Source of the DNA: a virus | Lineage: Duplodnaviria > Heunggongvirae > Uroviricota > Caudoviricetes | DNA length: 35,047 bases | Strand: one strand, 5' to 3' | IMG/VR virus record: IMGVR_UViG_2534682060_000007 | Span: 1-35,047 of that record | In this document: positions 17,176 to 26,948 of the stretch, in pieces | How the letters are laid out: each line of letters opens with the position of its first letter | How positions within the stretch are numbered: the first letter of the stretch is position 1 | The notes under the pieces: generated by a model | The model's input: the letters and a program-made list of their open reading frames with translations, nothing else | Databases searched by the model: none | Told to the model about the DNA's origin: nothing | Program-made: the position numbers and the translations under genes

Positions 17176-17969
17176 GGCTCCGCATGAAATTCTCCAAATT
17201 TTCTGAGTTGGTGAATCGTATTTTGTCCAACAACCACAGCCATCGTCGCGATATGGATGTAACGATCGTTGTTCATTCGCCTGGCAGCATTGGTTCAACA
17301 CCCTCAGTTGAGGTTCAGTCAATTCACGCTGGTTTTGATTGGGATTCCGGGAAAGTGCTGATTTTCCCAGCACAGCCACTGACTACGCTAACACCAGAAC
17401 AGATTACTGATATTACTGATAGTGTGCGCAAAGGTCAGTCCTGGCACGCATATCAGGAATATAAGAAGCATAAAGAGCAGTTGGAAAAATTATCGATTGA
17501 ACTTGATACCGCAAAACAGCGCATTGCAGAGCTGGAGGGTAATCGCGCGGCGCTGGCTGCGGAGAATGCGAGACTGAAGGCGATATGTGAGGATCGCCGC
17601 ACGTTCATTATGAATGGCGTGCAGCTTGGTTTTATCAAAGTGCCAACAGTGGAAATAGATCCAGCTCTTGAAACAATTCGTATCGCCCTATCACCACAAA
17701 AAACCACTCCTGCGACCGACACTTTCCTGGATGAAGTGAAGACTGAAGCACGCAAGGAGGGCGCTTACTTTGTGGCGAACAGAATGCTGGCTGCTTGGGA
17801 AGCTGGTTTTATTGATGATACTGCGAAGAACGCCGCGGATATTGCCCGGATGATTCTTACCTCTACTGAGTTTATGGCTAATGCGCGGGAAGGCGATTTT
17901 GACCGCTCATTCTCTGATGGCGTTCTCGAAGATATCGCTGAACAGCTTCGCAAAGGAGGCAGCCAGTGA
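17172..17969 (+). CDS. paralogous coiled-coil early protein (Ea22-like family), copy 2
   Basis: Coiled coil AKQRIAELEGNRAALAAENARLK plus shared C-terminal domain ending EQLRKGG. Confidence 0.6.
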   Translation: MRLRMKFSKFSELVNRILSNNHSHRRDMDVTIVVHSPGSIGSTPSVEVQSIHAGFDWDSGKVLIFPAQPLTTLTPEQITDITDSVRKGQSWHAYQEYKKHKEQLEKLSIELDTAKQRIAELEGNRAALAAENARLKAICEDRRTFIMNGVQLGFIKVPTVEIDPALETIRIALSPQKTTPATDTFLDEVKTEARKEGAYFVANRMLAAWEAGFIDDTAKNAADIARMILTSTEFMANAREGDFDRSFSDGVLEDIAEQLRKGGSQ

Positions 17970-18607
17970 GCGAGCTTTACTATCATACGTTACGTGAACG
18001 TTTTTCACCGAAACCAGCGCCTAAATGCTCTGTTTGTGGCGAGGAAATGTCAATGCAGCGCATATCTGGATCACATGTTGTTTATGCCTGTTCCGGCATG
18101 GAGGACGACGGATGCTTCAAAACTGGACGAACTTATGCTGACGAGCATTACAAAAAATCGCGCATAACAGTAGTTGATGATAGCGATCCTGATGTGATTG
18201 AACTGCTGGACGAGAACATGGAGATGGCTCTAACGCTTGAGAAGCTGCGTGTTGAGCTGGAGGCTGCTAAACAGCGTATTGCCGAATATGAAAGCAATTG
18301 CGGGGCGATGGTGGCGGAATGCCAAAGCAAAAAAGCAGCACTTGAGGCAATTCTTAGCCATTGCCCAATTAATCATCCAGATATAGACATCGCATGTATA
18401 GCGAACATCGCTCATAACGAATTAGGCGAGGCGAAAAGCACTACATCTAAGGCATACCTTGTAGAAATACAGGCACAAGGGGTGGAGGCATTCGCTTTGA
18501 CGATGCGCGATACCGGAGATGATCCATTTTTTGATTCCGTTGCTTCTGCTTGCGCGGATGCAGCTGATAGGTTCGCTGACCAGCTTCGAAAAGGAGGCAA
18601 ACAGTGA
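17966..18607 (+). CDS. paralogous coiled-coil early protein (Ea22-like family), copy 3
   Basis: LTLEKLRVELEAAKQRIAEYE coiled coil; N-terminal Cys pairs; C-terminus ADQLRKGGKQ. Confidence 0.6.
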   Translation: MSELYYHTLRERFSPKPAPKCSVCGEEMSMQRISGSHVVYACSGMEDDGCFKTGRTYADEHYKKSRITVVDDSDPDVIELLDENMEMALTLEKLRVELEAAKQRIAEYESNCGAMVAECQSKKAALEAILSHCPINHPDIDIACIANIAHNELGEAKSTTSKAYLVEIQAQGVEAFALTMRDTGDDPFFDSVASACADAADRFADQLRKGGKQ

Positions 18608-18852
18608 GTAATACCGCACGACTACAGCTTGGTTTTTCACCGCTATCAAAAACCATCGTGTTGGCAAAAATGCGTGACTTAGGGGATGGAACAAAACGTC
18701 GTGTCGGCAATGATCGCGGTCGTGATGTAACCAACGAGGCCGCACAACTCGTTTGGCATCTAGTCATGGCTGAAGGCGGTGAAATTAATTGGGAGCTGGA
18801 TGATGGTTCTCGCATGGTATTAAAGGCAGAAAAGCAGGAGCCACCACAGTGA
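18604..18852 (+). CDS. hypothetical protein
   Basis: 82-aa ORF, overlapping start/stop with neighbours in operon. Confidence 0.45.
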   Translation: MSNTARLQLGFSPLSKTIVLAKMRDLGDGTKRRVGNDRGRDVTNEAAQLVWHLVMAEGGEINWELDDGSRMVLKAEKQEPPQ

Positions 18853-19157
18853 ATATCGACACCACGATAACGATCGATACGGCCCTAAATACCGGTCTGG
18901 CACTTCTCGGTTGGCTTTACATCATGTCCCGTACCTGGCGATGGCTGGGTTCCATTTTCCTAAAAGAGTGGAAAAAACGGCGCAAACAGGAACTACGCCA
19001 GAAGGCATTAGAAGCGTTCTATGACGCATTTGAACTTAGCCGCATTGAACCAGGCACAACAGCCAGAATAGCGATAAAAGGCGACCTGATGATAGTGATG
19101 TTCAGACAGGAGAAACCAAATGACAGAACAGACGATGACAAATCGCGAACTTGTTGA
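18849..19157 (+). CDS. small membrane protein
   Basis: One predicted TM helix (ALNTGLALLGWLYIMS) followed by basic stretch. Confidence 0.45.
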   Translation: MNIDTTITIDTALNTGLALLGWLYIMSRTWRWLGSIFLKEWKKRRKQELRQKALEAFYDAFELSRIEPGTTARIAIKGDLMIVMFRQEKPNDRTDDDKSRTC

Positions 19158-19344
19158 TGCCGCGATTGAACTTGCTGGCGATTTTTATTCCATGATGGGT
19201 TACGAGCATCGACCTGGTTTTAAGTATTGGGAGTCACCGCATCCGCAAGAACAACAGGTGTTTGAAATGGCCTGCCGTGCTTTTGAGGTTATTCGCGGTT
19301 CTGATGTGATGGAGGCCGTTGCCGACTTGGAGGATGAAGAGTGA
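19120..19344 (+). CDS. hypothetical acidic protein
   Basis: 74-aa ORF in operon; true start may be an internal ATG. Confidence 0.45.
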   Translation: MTEQTMTNRELVDAAIELAGDFYSMMGYEHRPGFKYWESPHPQEQQVFEMACRAFEVIRGSDVMEAVADLEDEE

Positions 19345-19652
19345 GCATCATTAAAGAAATGCCGGTAGAACGTGATGAATATGGCTGCTGGACACATCCG
19401 GAGTATGAGAAGTTTTGCGCAGGTCGTGAATATATTTCCACTGAGGAATTTGACGCCTGGATGAAGGAAAATAATCTTCAGTGGACTATTCGCAGTATGG
19501 ATGAAGATGATTTTGATCTGGACGCAGCTGGTCCCGATATTGCCGCCTGGGAACCGGAGCGACCAGAGGGTGAAGGCTGGTTTGTTGGCTCTATTCATGA
19601 CACTGAAGATGGTCCAGTTTGTATCTGGCTGCGGGAGAAGGTTGCCGCATGA
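19341..19652 (+). CDS. hypothetical protein
   Basis: 103-aa ORF (GTG start), ATGA overlap with phosphatase gene. Confidence 0.45.
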   Translation: MSIIKEMPVERDEYGCWTHPEYEKFCAGREYISTEEFDAWMKENNLQWTIRSMDEDDFDLDAAGPDIAAWEPERPEGEGWFVGSIHDTEDGPVCIWLREKVAA

Positions 19653-20341
19653 TCCAGACTATGCATGAAGTGAATTTATATAGCCGTATTGATGGTTCTG
19701 GCTACAGAAACATATGGGTTGTTGGTGATCTGCATGGTTGCTACACCAGACTGATGTCCGAACTCCATCGTGTGGATTTTGACCCGGCGCAGGATTTACT
19801 GATATCGGTTGGCGACCTTATCGATCGCGGTACTGAAAATGTCGAATGTCTGGAACTATTGCAGATGCCCTGGTTCAGGGCAGTAATGGGGAACCATGAG
19901 CGGTTGATGCTTGATGCGTTAAGTCCTGATGGCAACGTGAATAACTGGCTAATGAATGGCGGACAATGGTTCTTCATGCTGGGCACTGATCAGGAAATAT
20001 TAGCCAAGGCGCTGGTGGAGCTGGTAAAGCGTCTGCCATATATCATTGAGTTGAACACCGGGCATGAAACTATCGTTATAGCCCATGCCGACTATCCAGG
20101 TGGAGAGTACCAGTTCGGTAAGGATGTGTCGCTTTTTGATGTTGTCTGGTCGCGCAGTCGCGTCGGTGATTCGATAGATGGCATTGGTGGAGAAATCACA
20201 GGCGCAGATCGCTTTATCTTTGGGCACACACCGGTACGAAGACCAAAAGCATACTGGAATCAGCACTACATAGACACGGGCGCGGTTTTTTGCGGAAATC
20301 TGACGCTAATGCAGGTGAAGGGAGGGAAGCTTAAAGTCTGA
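19649..20341 (+). CDS. serine/threonine protein phosphatase (lambda NinI / PPP family)
   Basis: Metallophosphatase motifs GDLHGC, GDLIDRG, GNHE; start at ATG 19649 (MIQTMHEV). Confidence 0.85.
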   Translation: MIQTMHEVNLYSRIDGSGYRNIWVVGDLHGCYTRLMSELHRVDFDPAQDLLISVGDLIDRGTENVECLELLQMPWFRAVMGNHERLMLDALSPDGNVNNWLMNGGQWFFMLGTDQEILAKALVELVKRLPYIIELNTGHETIVIAHADYPGGEYQFGKDVSLFDVVWSRSRVGDSIDGIGGEITGADRFIFGHTPVRRPKAYWNQHYIDTGAVFCGNLTLMQVKGGKLKV

Positions 20342-20366
20342 TCAAATCATTTACGCACTCAAAATT

Positions 20367-20400
20367 ACGTTAGAACATTGATTTTAGTTTTCTAACATAT
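20367..20400. promoter_or_regulatory. recurring motif site 4, inverted pair
   Basis: CGTTAGAACA at about 20368-20377 and inverted GTTTTCTAACATA at 20387-20399, just upstream of the 20440 gene. Confidence 0.4.
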
Positions 20401-20439
20401 TATTTTACCGATCGGAACAAAACAGAGTCGGTATGCATT

Positions 20440-21435
20440 ATGAGTGCAATAATCACCCCATATGTCGTAAATGAAACTGGTGTGGCTGTCTTTCCTGTAG
20501 ATAAGCCCACCAGCAATTACATCGGCGCAGGACGCCGTTTTCTTATATCCCCATTGCCGCGTGAACAGGCTGAAAACACCCCTGATGGTGTCGTTGACCT
20601 GAATTATTCACTGGTTGCCAACCAGTCACTGGCACCCTTTTTTCAAAGTGAGCGTGTATTTAACGCGTTAGGTGGTGAGGATTCTCTCGTTCACTGGGTT
20701 AGCACCAACATTCACGATTGCCAGGCGCATGATAAGCGCGATTGCAGCCACCAGCTAACCACCCATTTCTATAACGGTTCTGCCGTTCGCCTGTGCTGGA
20801 AGCATGATGCGGAATACATGATGAAGGGATACGGCAAGCTGGAAGACCAACTGTCACGGAATCGCGCCAACTGGATTATGAACTGGGCTGCCAGCGAGTT
20901 AAAACTTCCGCCGGATCGCGATCTGAGCATGGTTGAACTCACCTTTTGGGCCATTCGCCGGAATCTTAAAGACGAACTGCCTGATGAAGCTGGTCGCATT
21001 GCATTTTGTCAGCCAAAAACTGAAATCCCTACCGGTACGCTGAAAGAATCAGATATCACCTGGGAGCACAGTACCCGCGAGCTGGTGGACATAACCGCAG
21101 AGCAGATCGTCAACCTGTCTGTAGATGAGGATTCCGGCCTGCTTTATATGCGCCGACCAAAAGCGGTCCTCGGTAAAAGCCCGGCTTATCTCCGGTTTGT
21201 GGTTTCTCGTCCGTGCATCGGATGCGGTGGCAAAGTTAACCACCCGTTCATGTACCGCGCCCGCTCGTTAAACGAACACGACCGCTGGGCTGTTCCTCTT
21301 TGCGATGACTGCGCCAGAAGCGCAGAAAACGATGTTCGGGCATGGGAAAAAGCACATGGCATACGCCTTTACGTAGCCGCTAACCAGCTTTTTGACTTCG
21401 CCATCGAGCGCGGAGTGATCACGTTCAATAACTGA
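20440..21435 (+). CDS. phage protein with C-terminal Cys-rich zinc-binding / HNH-like motif
   Basis: C-terminal RPCIGCGGKVNHPFMY...NEHDRWAVPLCDDCAR (C-x2-C ... H ... C-x2-C). Confidence 0.55.
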   Translation: MSAIITPYVVNETGVAVFPVDKPTSNYIGAGRRFLISPLPREQAENTPDGVVDLNYSLVANQSLAPFFQSERVFNALGGEDSLVHWVSTNIHDCQAHDKRDCSHQLTTHFYNGSAVRLCWKHDAEYMMKGYGKLEDQLSRNRANWIMNWAASELKLPPDRDLSMVELTFWAIRRNLKDELPDEAGRIAFCQPKTEIPTGTLKESDITWEHSTRELVDITAEQIVNLSVDEDSGLLYMRRPKAVLGKSPAYLRFVVSRPCIGCGGKVNHPFMYRARSLNEHDRWAVPLCDDCARSAENDVRAWEKAHGIRLYVAANQLFDFAIERGVITFNN

Positions 21436-21451
21436 TGAGGTGGATCAAAAA

Positions 21452-22138
21452 ATGAAAGAACGCGGGATGATTTTTAACGATGAGATGGTCAGGGCCATCC
21501 TCGAAGGAAGGAAAACGCAGACGCGGCGGATAATGAAAAATCAGCCTGCGGAAGTTGGTCCAGAAGCACCAGTGATGGTTAGAAAAATTGGTGCAGGTTT
21601 TCAGTGGTACGGGGCTGATGGTGTAAGCAGTGTTTTCAATTGCCCCTTTGGTATCGTCGGCGATCGAATTTGGGTTCGTGAAACATGGGCGATATTAGGC
21701 AATGAAGATGGTTGCAGTGTGGACTGGAACGACAACCTTTGTCGTGACGATGAGAAGAACGCAGCAAGGATTTATCGGGCCAGTTGTGAGCAAAAGCCTG
21801 GTGATTACGGTTTGTGGTCGATACCCGATGATGCCGACTGGAAACCTCACACTGTGAATGAAAAGTTTGATGGCGGGTGGCGTCCATCAATTCACATGCC
21901 GCGCTGGGCTTCGCGTATTTTGCTGGAAATTACCGACGTGCGTGTGGAACGGCTGCGTGATATGAGCGAGGCAGATGCTAACGCAGAAGGCGCATCTCCG
22001 GCGATGTACAAAATTACGCCGCCGGAAGCTGTTTATCGCGTTGGTTTTGGTGATATCTGGCGCAGTATTTACGGGCAGGATAACTGGCTATCTAACCCGT
22101 GGGTATGGGTAATCGAGTTTAAGCGCGTTCAGGAATAA
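21452..22138 (+). CDS. ASCH/PUA-like domain protein
   Basis: N-terminal MVRAILEGRKTQTRR resembles the ASCH GxKxxExR motif (imperfect); start ATG 21452. Confidence 0.5.
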   Translation: MKERGMIFNDEMVRAILEGRKTQTRRIMKNQPAEVGPEAPVMVRKIGAGFQWYGADGVSSVFNCPFGIVGDRIWVRETWAILGNEDGCSVDWNDNLCRDDEKNAARIYRASCEQKPGDYGLWSIPDDADWKPHTVNEKFDGGWRPSIHMPRWASRILLEITDVRVERLRDMSEADANAEGASPAMYKITPPEAVYRVGFGDIWRSIYGQDNWLSNPWVWVIEFKRVQE

Positions 22139-22141
22139 ACC

Positions 22142-23020
22142 GTGAGTATGCATCAAGTTGTCAGCTTTTCAGGTGGACGAACATCGGCTTATCTCGTTCA
22201 TCTGATGGAAGCACAGCGAAAAGCTGGCGCTAGCGTCCATTTCATTTTTATGGATACCGGCTGTGAACATCCTCTGACGTATCGCTTTATTCGTGAGGTT
22301 GTGAAGTTCTGGAACGTACCGCTAACGGTGTTGCAGGTCGATATAAATCCAGAACTTGGGCAGCCAAATGGTTATACGGAATGGGAACCAAAGGATATTC
22401 AGACGCGAATGCCGGTGCTTAAACCGTTTATGGACATGGTTAAAAAGTACGGTACGCCTTACATCGGCGGCGCGTTCTGTACTGACAGGCTAAAACTCAC
22501 CCCTTTCACGAAATATTGCGATGACCATTTTGGGCGAGGGAATTACATCACATGGCTGGGTATTCGTGCGGACGAACACCGTAGGCTGAAACCGAAACCG
22601 GGCGTCCGGTATCTTGCAGAACTGTCAGATTTTGATAAGTCGGATGTTATTCGGTGGTGGCGAAAACAACCTTTTGATTTGCAAATCCCGGAGCACCTCG
22701 GGAACTGTGTTTTTTGCATCAAAAAGTCAACGCAAAAGCTGGGGCTTGCATGTAAAGACGAACCTGGTCTGATGCGGGTTTTTAATGAACTGGTTACAGG
22801 CAAACACGTCAGGGATGGTCATCGCAGAACAGGTAAAGACGTTATGTACCGTGGTCACCTGACGCTTGACGGGATTGCCAGAATGTATGCCGACAGCGAC
22901 TACAGAAATTTGTATCAGGCGATGGTGCAGGCCAAGCGGTTTGATACTGGTTCGTGTTCCGAATCATGTGAAATCTGGGGTGACCAATTGGAGTTGAAAT
23001 TCGAAGAGGTAGTGGTATGA
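22142..23020 (+). CDS. phosphoadenosine-phosphosulfate (PAPS) reductase-family protein
   Basis: PP-loop VVSFSGGRTSAYL near N-terminus; several Cys clusters toward C-terminus. Confidence 0.7.
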   Translation: MSMHQVVSFSGGRTSAYLVHLMEAQRKAGASVHFIFMDTGCEHPLTYRFIREVVKFWNVPLTVLQVDINPELGQPNGYTEWEPKDIQTRMPVLKPFMDMVKKYGTPYIGGAFCTDRLKLTPFTKYCDDHFGRGNYITWLGIRADEHRRLKPKPGVRYLAELSDFDKSDVIRWWRKQPFDLQIPEHLGNCVFCIKKSTQKLGLACKDEPGLMRVFNELVTGKHVRDGHRRTGKDVMYRGHLTLDGIARMYADSDYRNLYQAMVQAKRFDTGSCSESCEIWGDQLELKFEEVVV

Positions 23021-23583
23021 CAAACAAAATTGACTATCAAAAACTTCGTGAAATCGCTGAAAAAACAAAAATTGCTGGTGAAGCACCTGTAATGCCTTTC
23101 GATCAGCGAATTAATGCGCTTAACGATTTTATGAAGCACTTTTCGCCAGATATCGCGCTGGCATTGTTGGATGAACGGGAAAGAAACCAGCAATACATCA
23201 AACGCCGCGACCAGGAGAACGAGGAAATTGCGCTAACGGTAGGGAAGCTGCGTGTTGAGCTGGAAGCCGCAGAGAAGCGCATTGCAGAACTGGAAGCACG
23301 GGAAATAAAACCAGCCAAAGGCGAAGTTCTTGTCGTTGTTTCTGGTTTTACTGGTTGCGGAAAAAGCGCCATCGCCGGGGAAATAGAAATTGCGATGAAA
23401 GCTATTGGTGTGCCGGTTCAATGGACTAATGGCGATGCAGAAAAGCATATGACCGGCGCTGACTGGCTGACAGCGATTGAGATGTACAAACCAACTGTGC
23501 GCATCGTGGAAGTTAATGTGCCACGCGTCGCTGGCATTTGCATCAAAGGAGACGCAGGAGAGCAAAACGATGAAAAACCGTAA
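23017..23583 (+). CDS. coiled-coil early protein related to the Ea22-like paralogs
   Basis: Shares LTVGKLRVELEAAEKRIAELE segment, also at DNA level, with 17966-18607. Confidence 0.55.
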   Translation: MTNKIDYQKLREIAEKTKIAGEAPVMPFDQRINALNDFMKHFSPDIALALLDERERNQQYIKRRDQENEEIALTVGKLRVELEAAEKRIAELEAREIKPAKGEVLVVVSGFTGCGKSAIAGEIEIAMKAIGVPVQWTNGDAEKHMTGADWLTAIEMYKPTVRIVEVNVPRVAGICIKGDAGEQNDEKP

Positions 23584-23758
23584 AGCAAAGATTCTGTTAG
23601 TTCGTAGAAACGCCCCTAGCGTCTGGCAGTGGGTGAGACTCAGCAACCGACGGATGGGGTTGATGAAATATTACGGGATGATGGATTGTGGTTTTTGCAA
23701 AAAGCCCAGCGCGGCGCAAAACCGCTGGAAAAACCATTTGCGCACTAAAGGAGAGTGA
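23570..23758 (+). CDS. small basic hypothetical protein
   Basis: ATG 23570 with GGAGAG RBS; ORF-table start 23477 overlaps upstream gene. Confidence 0.4.
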   Translation: MKNRKAKILLVRRNAPSVWQWVRLSNRRMGLMKYYGMMDCGFCKKPSAAQNRWKNHLRTKGE

Positions 23759-23759
23759 T

Positions 23760-24023
23760 ATGGCAACTTTAACAAAAAAAGAACGGGCATGGTTGAACGA
23801 ATTACAGGACGTTCTTGATCGCTGCCCATCACCGAAAAAAATTGGTTTTTACACCATTGGCGATAAAAGCATTTACCTGTATGACCTGCGCCGCATGGAT
23901 GAAATCATGGAGGCTCTTGATAATCGTTCGTCAATGGATTGGTGTGTTGCTGTCCATGATATGAATGCCGGATTTGAAGAAAAGATTTTGTTCCCCTCGT
24001 CAGTTGAAAGCACTGCGGGTTAA
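23760..24023 (+). CDS. small hypothetical protein
   Basis: ATG 23760 with AAAGGAGAG RBS. Confidence 0.5.
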   Translation: MATLTKKERAWLNELQDVLDRCPSPKKIGFYTIGDKSIYLYDLRRMDEIMEALDNRSSMDWCVAVHDMNAGFEEKILFPSSVESTAG

Positions 24024-24033
24024 GGAGTAACAC

Positions 24034-24480
24034 ATGACCACTATTACCAAAGAGCGACTGCTGACAATCAGGCAGTGGCGCGAAACATACGGACCTGGTA
24101 GCAACGTTGTACTGCCAGCAGAAGAAGCGGAAGAACTGGCGCGGATTGCGCTGGCATCGCTGGAAGCAGAACCGATGGCATGGCGATATCGCTACGTGAA
24201 AAAAGGCATTACGGACTCACAGGGGGAGCCGTGGGTTGGTGACTGGAAATATGTACCGACAAAAGAGGATTGCAACGACAGACCGAACTATGAAATTCAG
24301 GCGTTATTCACTGCCCCGCCTGTGCCACTGACACCAGAAGGATTGATTAAAGCAGTGCGCTTCTATGAACAGGTTAAGCGTGAAAATCCGCCAGTCGAAA
24401 CCGGAGCATGGAAAGACGCTGTTGACTGGGTGCTCAAAGAGGCTTGCCAGGCTGTAAACATTGGCATCAAAGGAGAGTGA
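24034..24480 (+). CDS. hypothetical protein (paralog of 24619-25113 N-terminus)
   Basis: Shares IALASLEAEP segment with the next gene. Confidence 0.55.
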   Translation: MTTITKERLLTIRQWRETYGPGSNVVLPAEEAEELARIALASLEAEPMAWRYRYVKKGITDSQGEPWVGDWKYVPTKEDCNDRPNYEIQALFTAPPVPLTPEGLIKAVRFYEQVKRENPPVETGAWKDAVDWVLKEACQAVNIGIKGE

Positions 24481-24482
24481 GG

Positions 24483-24608
24483 ATGTTCAATAATTTGCCT
24501 GGTACTGGTTTTTTCGTTGTTTTCGGTGTCATTTGCGCCGTTATTGGTTGGGCAGTTATTGAGTCCATTCTTTGGCTGCTTTCTTTCATTCACATAACTA
24601 TTGGTTGA
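24483..24608 (+). CDS. candidate small membrane peptide (41 aa)
   Basis: ATG with GGAG RBS; translation MFNNLPGTGFFVVFGVICAVIGWAVIESILWLLSFIHITIG; not in ORF table. Confidence 0.3.
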   Translation: MFNNLPGTGFFVVFGVICAVIGWAVIESILWLLSFIHITIG

Positions 24609-24618
24609 GAACTGACCC

Positions 24619-25113
24619 ATGACCACTTTCACCGACAAAGAACTGATTAAAGAAATCAAAGAACGCATAGGCAGCCTGGACGTTCGAGACAATATTGAGC
24701 GCCGTGCTTATGAAATTGCACTGGCATCACTGGAAGCAGAACCGGTGGTTTACATGTGGGATAGCGAAAGAAAAGATATTGATGCCCCTGGGTATTATCG
24801 GACTGAGCATTTAGTGTTCGCTGAGAGTAGTGTTAAGCAATGGGGAGGGCGAGTTGTTCCACTTTACACCGCCCAGCCAGTGCCGGTAACTCCGGATGGT
24901 TGGATAAGCTGTAGTGAGCGGATGCCTGAAAAGAACCAGAACGTGCTTATTTCGGTGAATTTCGATAGCTCTCTGGTTGAACCGCTAATATGCTCCGCAC
25001 GCTATACCGGAAGCACCTTTCGGCGCGGAGATGCAACGATTAAGCCGGGTAATGGTATTGAGCAAGCAACTCACTGGATGCCGCTACCGGAACCGCCGCA
25101 GGAGGCGAAATGA
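24619..25113 (+). CDS. hypothetical protein (paralogous N-terminus, distinct C-terminal domain)
   Basis: 164-aa ORF in operon. Confidence 0.55.
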   Translation: MTTFTDKELIKEIKERIGSLDVRDNIERRAYEIALASLEAEPVVYMWDSERKDIDAPGYYRTEHLVFAESSVKQWGGRVVPLYTAQPVPVTPDGWISCSERMPEKNQNVLISVNFDSSLVEPLICSARYTGSTFRRGDATIKPGNGIEQATHWMPLPEPPQEAK

Positions 25114-25370
25114 TGGATGTAAAAGAGAAGGTTTTGCAGGTGATGCGTTCCCGGGCTGCCCTGCAAGATAAAGCTCTCGGCGGGGAATATCCATTCAGGA
25201 TGGCAACCTGGAATCTGCGGTTGGCAATGGAGAAGGAATTTCCTGATGAAGAATGGCGTTCGGCAGATTTGCGCAAAATTCTTATGGAGCTGGCTAAAGA
25301 CGGAACAGTATCCAAAGATACCCATGCCAGCCGGATTGGTCAGGCGGTATGGAGACTGGAGGTGAGGTAA
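25110..25370 (+). CDS. hypothetical protein
   Basis: 86-aa ORF, ATGA overlap with neighbours. Confidence 0.45.
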   Translation: MMDVKEKVLQVMRSRAALQDKALGGEYPFRMATWNLRLAMEKEFPDEEWRSADLRKILMELAKDGTVSKDTHASRIGQAVWRLEVR

Positions 25371-25651
25371 TGGCTAACCTGCAACTTGCCGTTAAAGGTG
25401 AATACTTCGATGCCATGATTCGAGGGGAGAAAACGGAAGAGTATCGCCTGTGTAATGACTACTGGAATAAGCGCCTCGTTAACCGTAAGTATGACCGCCT
25501 GATTATCACAAAGGGATATCCGAAGCGCGAAGACTTCAGTCGCAGAATTGACGTCCCGTATAACGGATATGAAATAAAAACAATCACACATCCGCACTTC
25601 GGTGATAAACCGGTAAAGGTGTTCGCGATAAAAGTGAAGATTAATAGCTAA
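25370..25651 (+). CDS. small ASCH-like protein
   Basis: MIRGEKTEEYR matches GxKxxExR; start at internal ATG 25370 (MANLQLAV...). Confidence 0.55.
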   Translation: MANLQLAVKGEYFDAMIRGEKTEEYRLCNDYWNKRLVNRKYDRLIITKGYPKREDFSRRIDVPYNGYEIKTITHPHFGDKPVKVFAIKVKINS

Positions 25652-25674
25652 ATTTCAATTAACACGGAGTAATT

Positions 25675-25968
25675 ATGTGGCGCGGTAATAATCATGGCGG
25701 AAGCCAGATGATACTTACCGAATATACTTTCGACCACAAAACCAATAAATCACGTTCAGTATATTTGCTTCGGCACAATAGCCGCGTAAGAAATACCGTG
25801 CTGGAGCAAAATCTGACCGTCGAAATGGATAATTTAGGAAACTTCAAGCCAACAATATCGCTTGATGATTTTCCGTGTGGTTTAAGCGAAAGAGAAGCAA
25901 TGCTGAAATTAGCAGAATGGTTACAAAGATTAAGCATTGCTATTGAAGATAACTGGATTCAACCATAA
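25675..25968 (+). CDS. hypothetical protein
   Basis: 97-aa ORF in AT-rich stretch with CGGAG RBS. Confidence 0.4.
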   Translation: MWRGNNHGGSQMILTEYTFDHKTNKSRSVYLLRHNSRVRNTVLEQNLTVEMDNLGNFKPTISLDDFPCGLSEREAMLKLAEWLQRLSIAIEDNWIQP

Positions 25969-25992
25969 TGAAAAACAGAAAGAAAGATTGCT

Positions 25993-26202
25993 ATGGCAAC
26001 ATTTAGTAAATTCGCAGTAATTATTATTTTATTAATTCCCCTCACTGTTACAGCAGGGGAACAGCAACATTGCACAAAAGAGAATGAACACCCTTTCATC
26101 GTTATTCAATGCGATGACGGAACGGTGACTGTGGTTAATGTAAGAAATGACCGTGTAGCTGTTTGCCGTAAAGGCGAACCATGCAAGGAAATAAAACTAT
26201 GA
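25993..26202 (+). CDS. small secreted protein
   Basis: Signal peptide MATFSKFAVIIILLIPLTVTAG, mature part with 4 Cys. Confidence 0.45.
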   Translation: MATFSKFAVIIILLIPLTVTAGEQQHCTKENEHPFIVIQCDDGTVTVVNVRNDRVAVCRKGEPCKEIKL

Positions 26203-26948
26203 CAAGAATCACTAAAGAGCGTATTTCAGATATTATTTCCCGTATCGAAATGTATGGTCACGGTGCTGGATACACAGCAGATGAAGTATTGGAACTTGCC
26301 AAAATAGCTTTAGCGCCTTGCAAGGATGGTAAAGCTATGACACTGATTGACTTGTTAGTGAAGGAATTATCTAAGGGGCATGGATGGCCTGATGGAAAAG
26401 ATTTTTGCCATCTATCCATTACGATGCCAGGTAGTAGTCGCGCTACGGTTCTTTTTGGTACGCGCCATAAAAATTACCAATCATCAAAGAATTATTCCAT
26501 TGATGGCATTATTTGCGATATCAGTGACCTTGATCGCAGTGCGTTTACATCGGTTGTCACTCGTGAACAGTATGAAGCAGCTCGCATAGCGTCTCAGAAA
26601 GTCAAGTCTGAAAGTAAGGCTTACAAGTTAGATTTTGAGCAATGGCTGGAGCAGCAACGCGGGGAAATCGATGTGGACTGCGGTTGTGTGTCTGCGGAAA
26701 CATTCATGCACTGGTTGCGGGTAGCTTATGAGGCTGGGAACCATCCGGTTCTTCCGGATGGTTCCCAACAAGCGCCCAGGAAAAGCGTAAAAACCACTCT
26801 GGAAAGAGGCTATCTTGAGGCCGCATTAAAGATTAAGCCGGGCCATACGCTAGGCGTCATTGATGCCATGTTGGTTCATGAAATGGCTAAGGCTTTATTG
26901 CCGCTGGTGGCTGATAAACATGAGGCGGGCCATGCCAACGAAAGCTGA
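26199..26948 (+). CDS. hypothetical protein
   Basis: Start at ATG 26199 (AAGGA RBS, ATGA overlap with upstream stop). Confidence 0.55.
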   Translation: MTRITKERISDIISRIEMYGHGAGYTADEVLELAKIALAPCKDGKAMTLIDLLVKELSKGHGWPDGKDFCHLSITMPGSSRATVLFGTRHKNYQSSKNYSIDGIICDISDLDRSAFTSVVTREQYEAARIASQKVKSESKAYKLDFEQWLEQQRGEIDVDCGCVSAETFMHWLRVAYEAGNHPVLPDGSQQAPRKSVKTTLERGYLEAALKIKPGHTLGVIDAMLVHEMAKALLPLVADKHEAGHANES

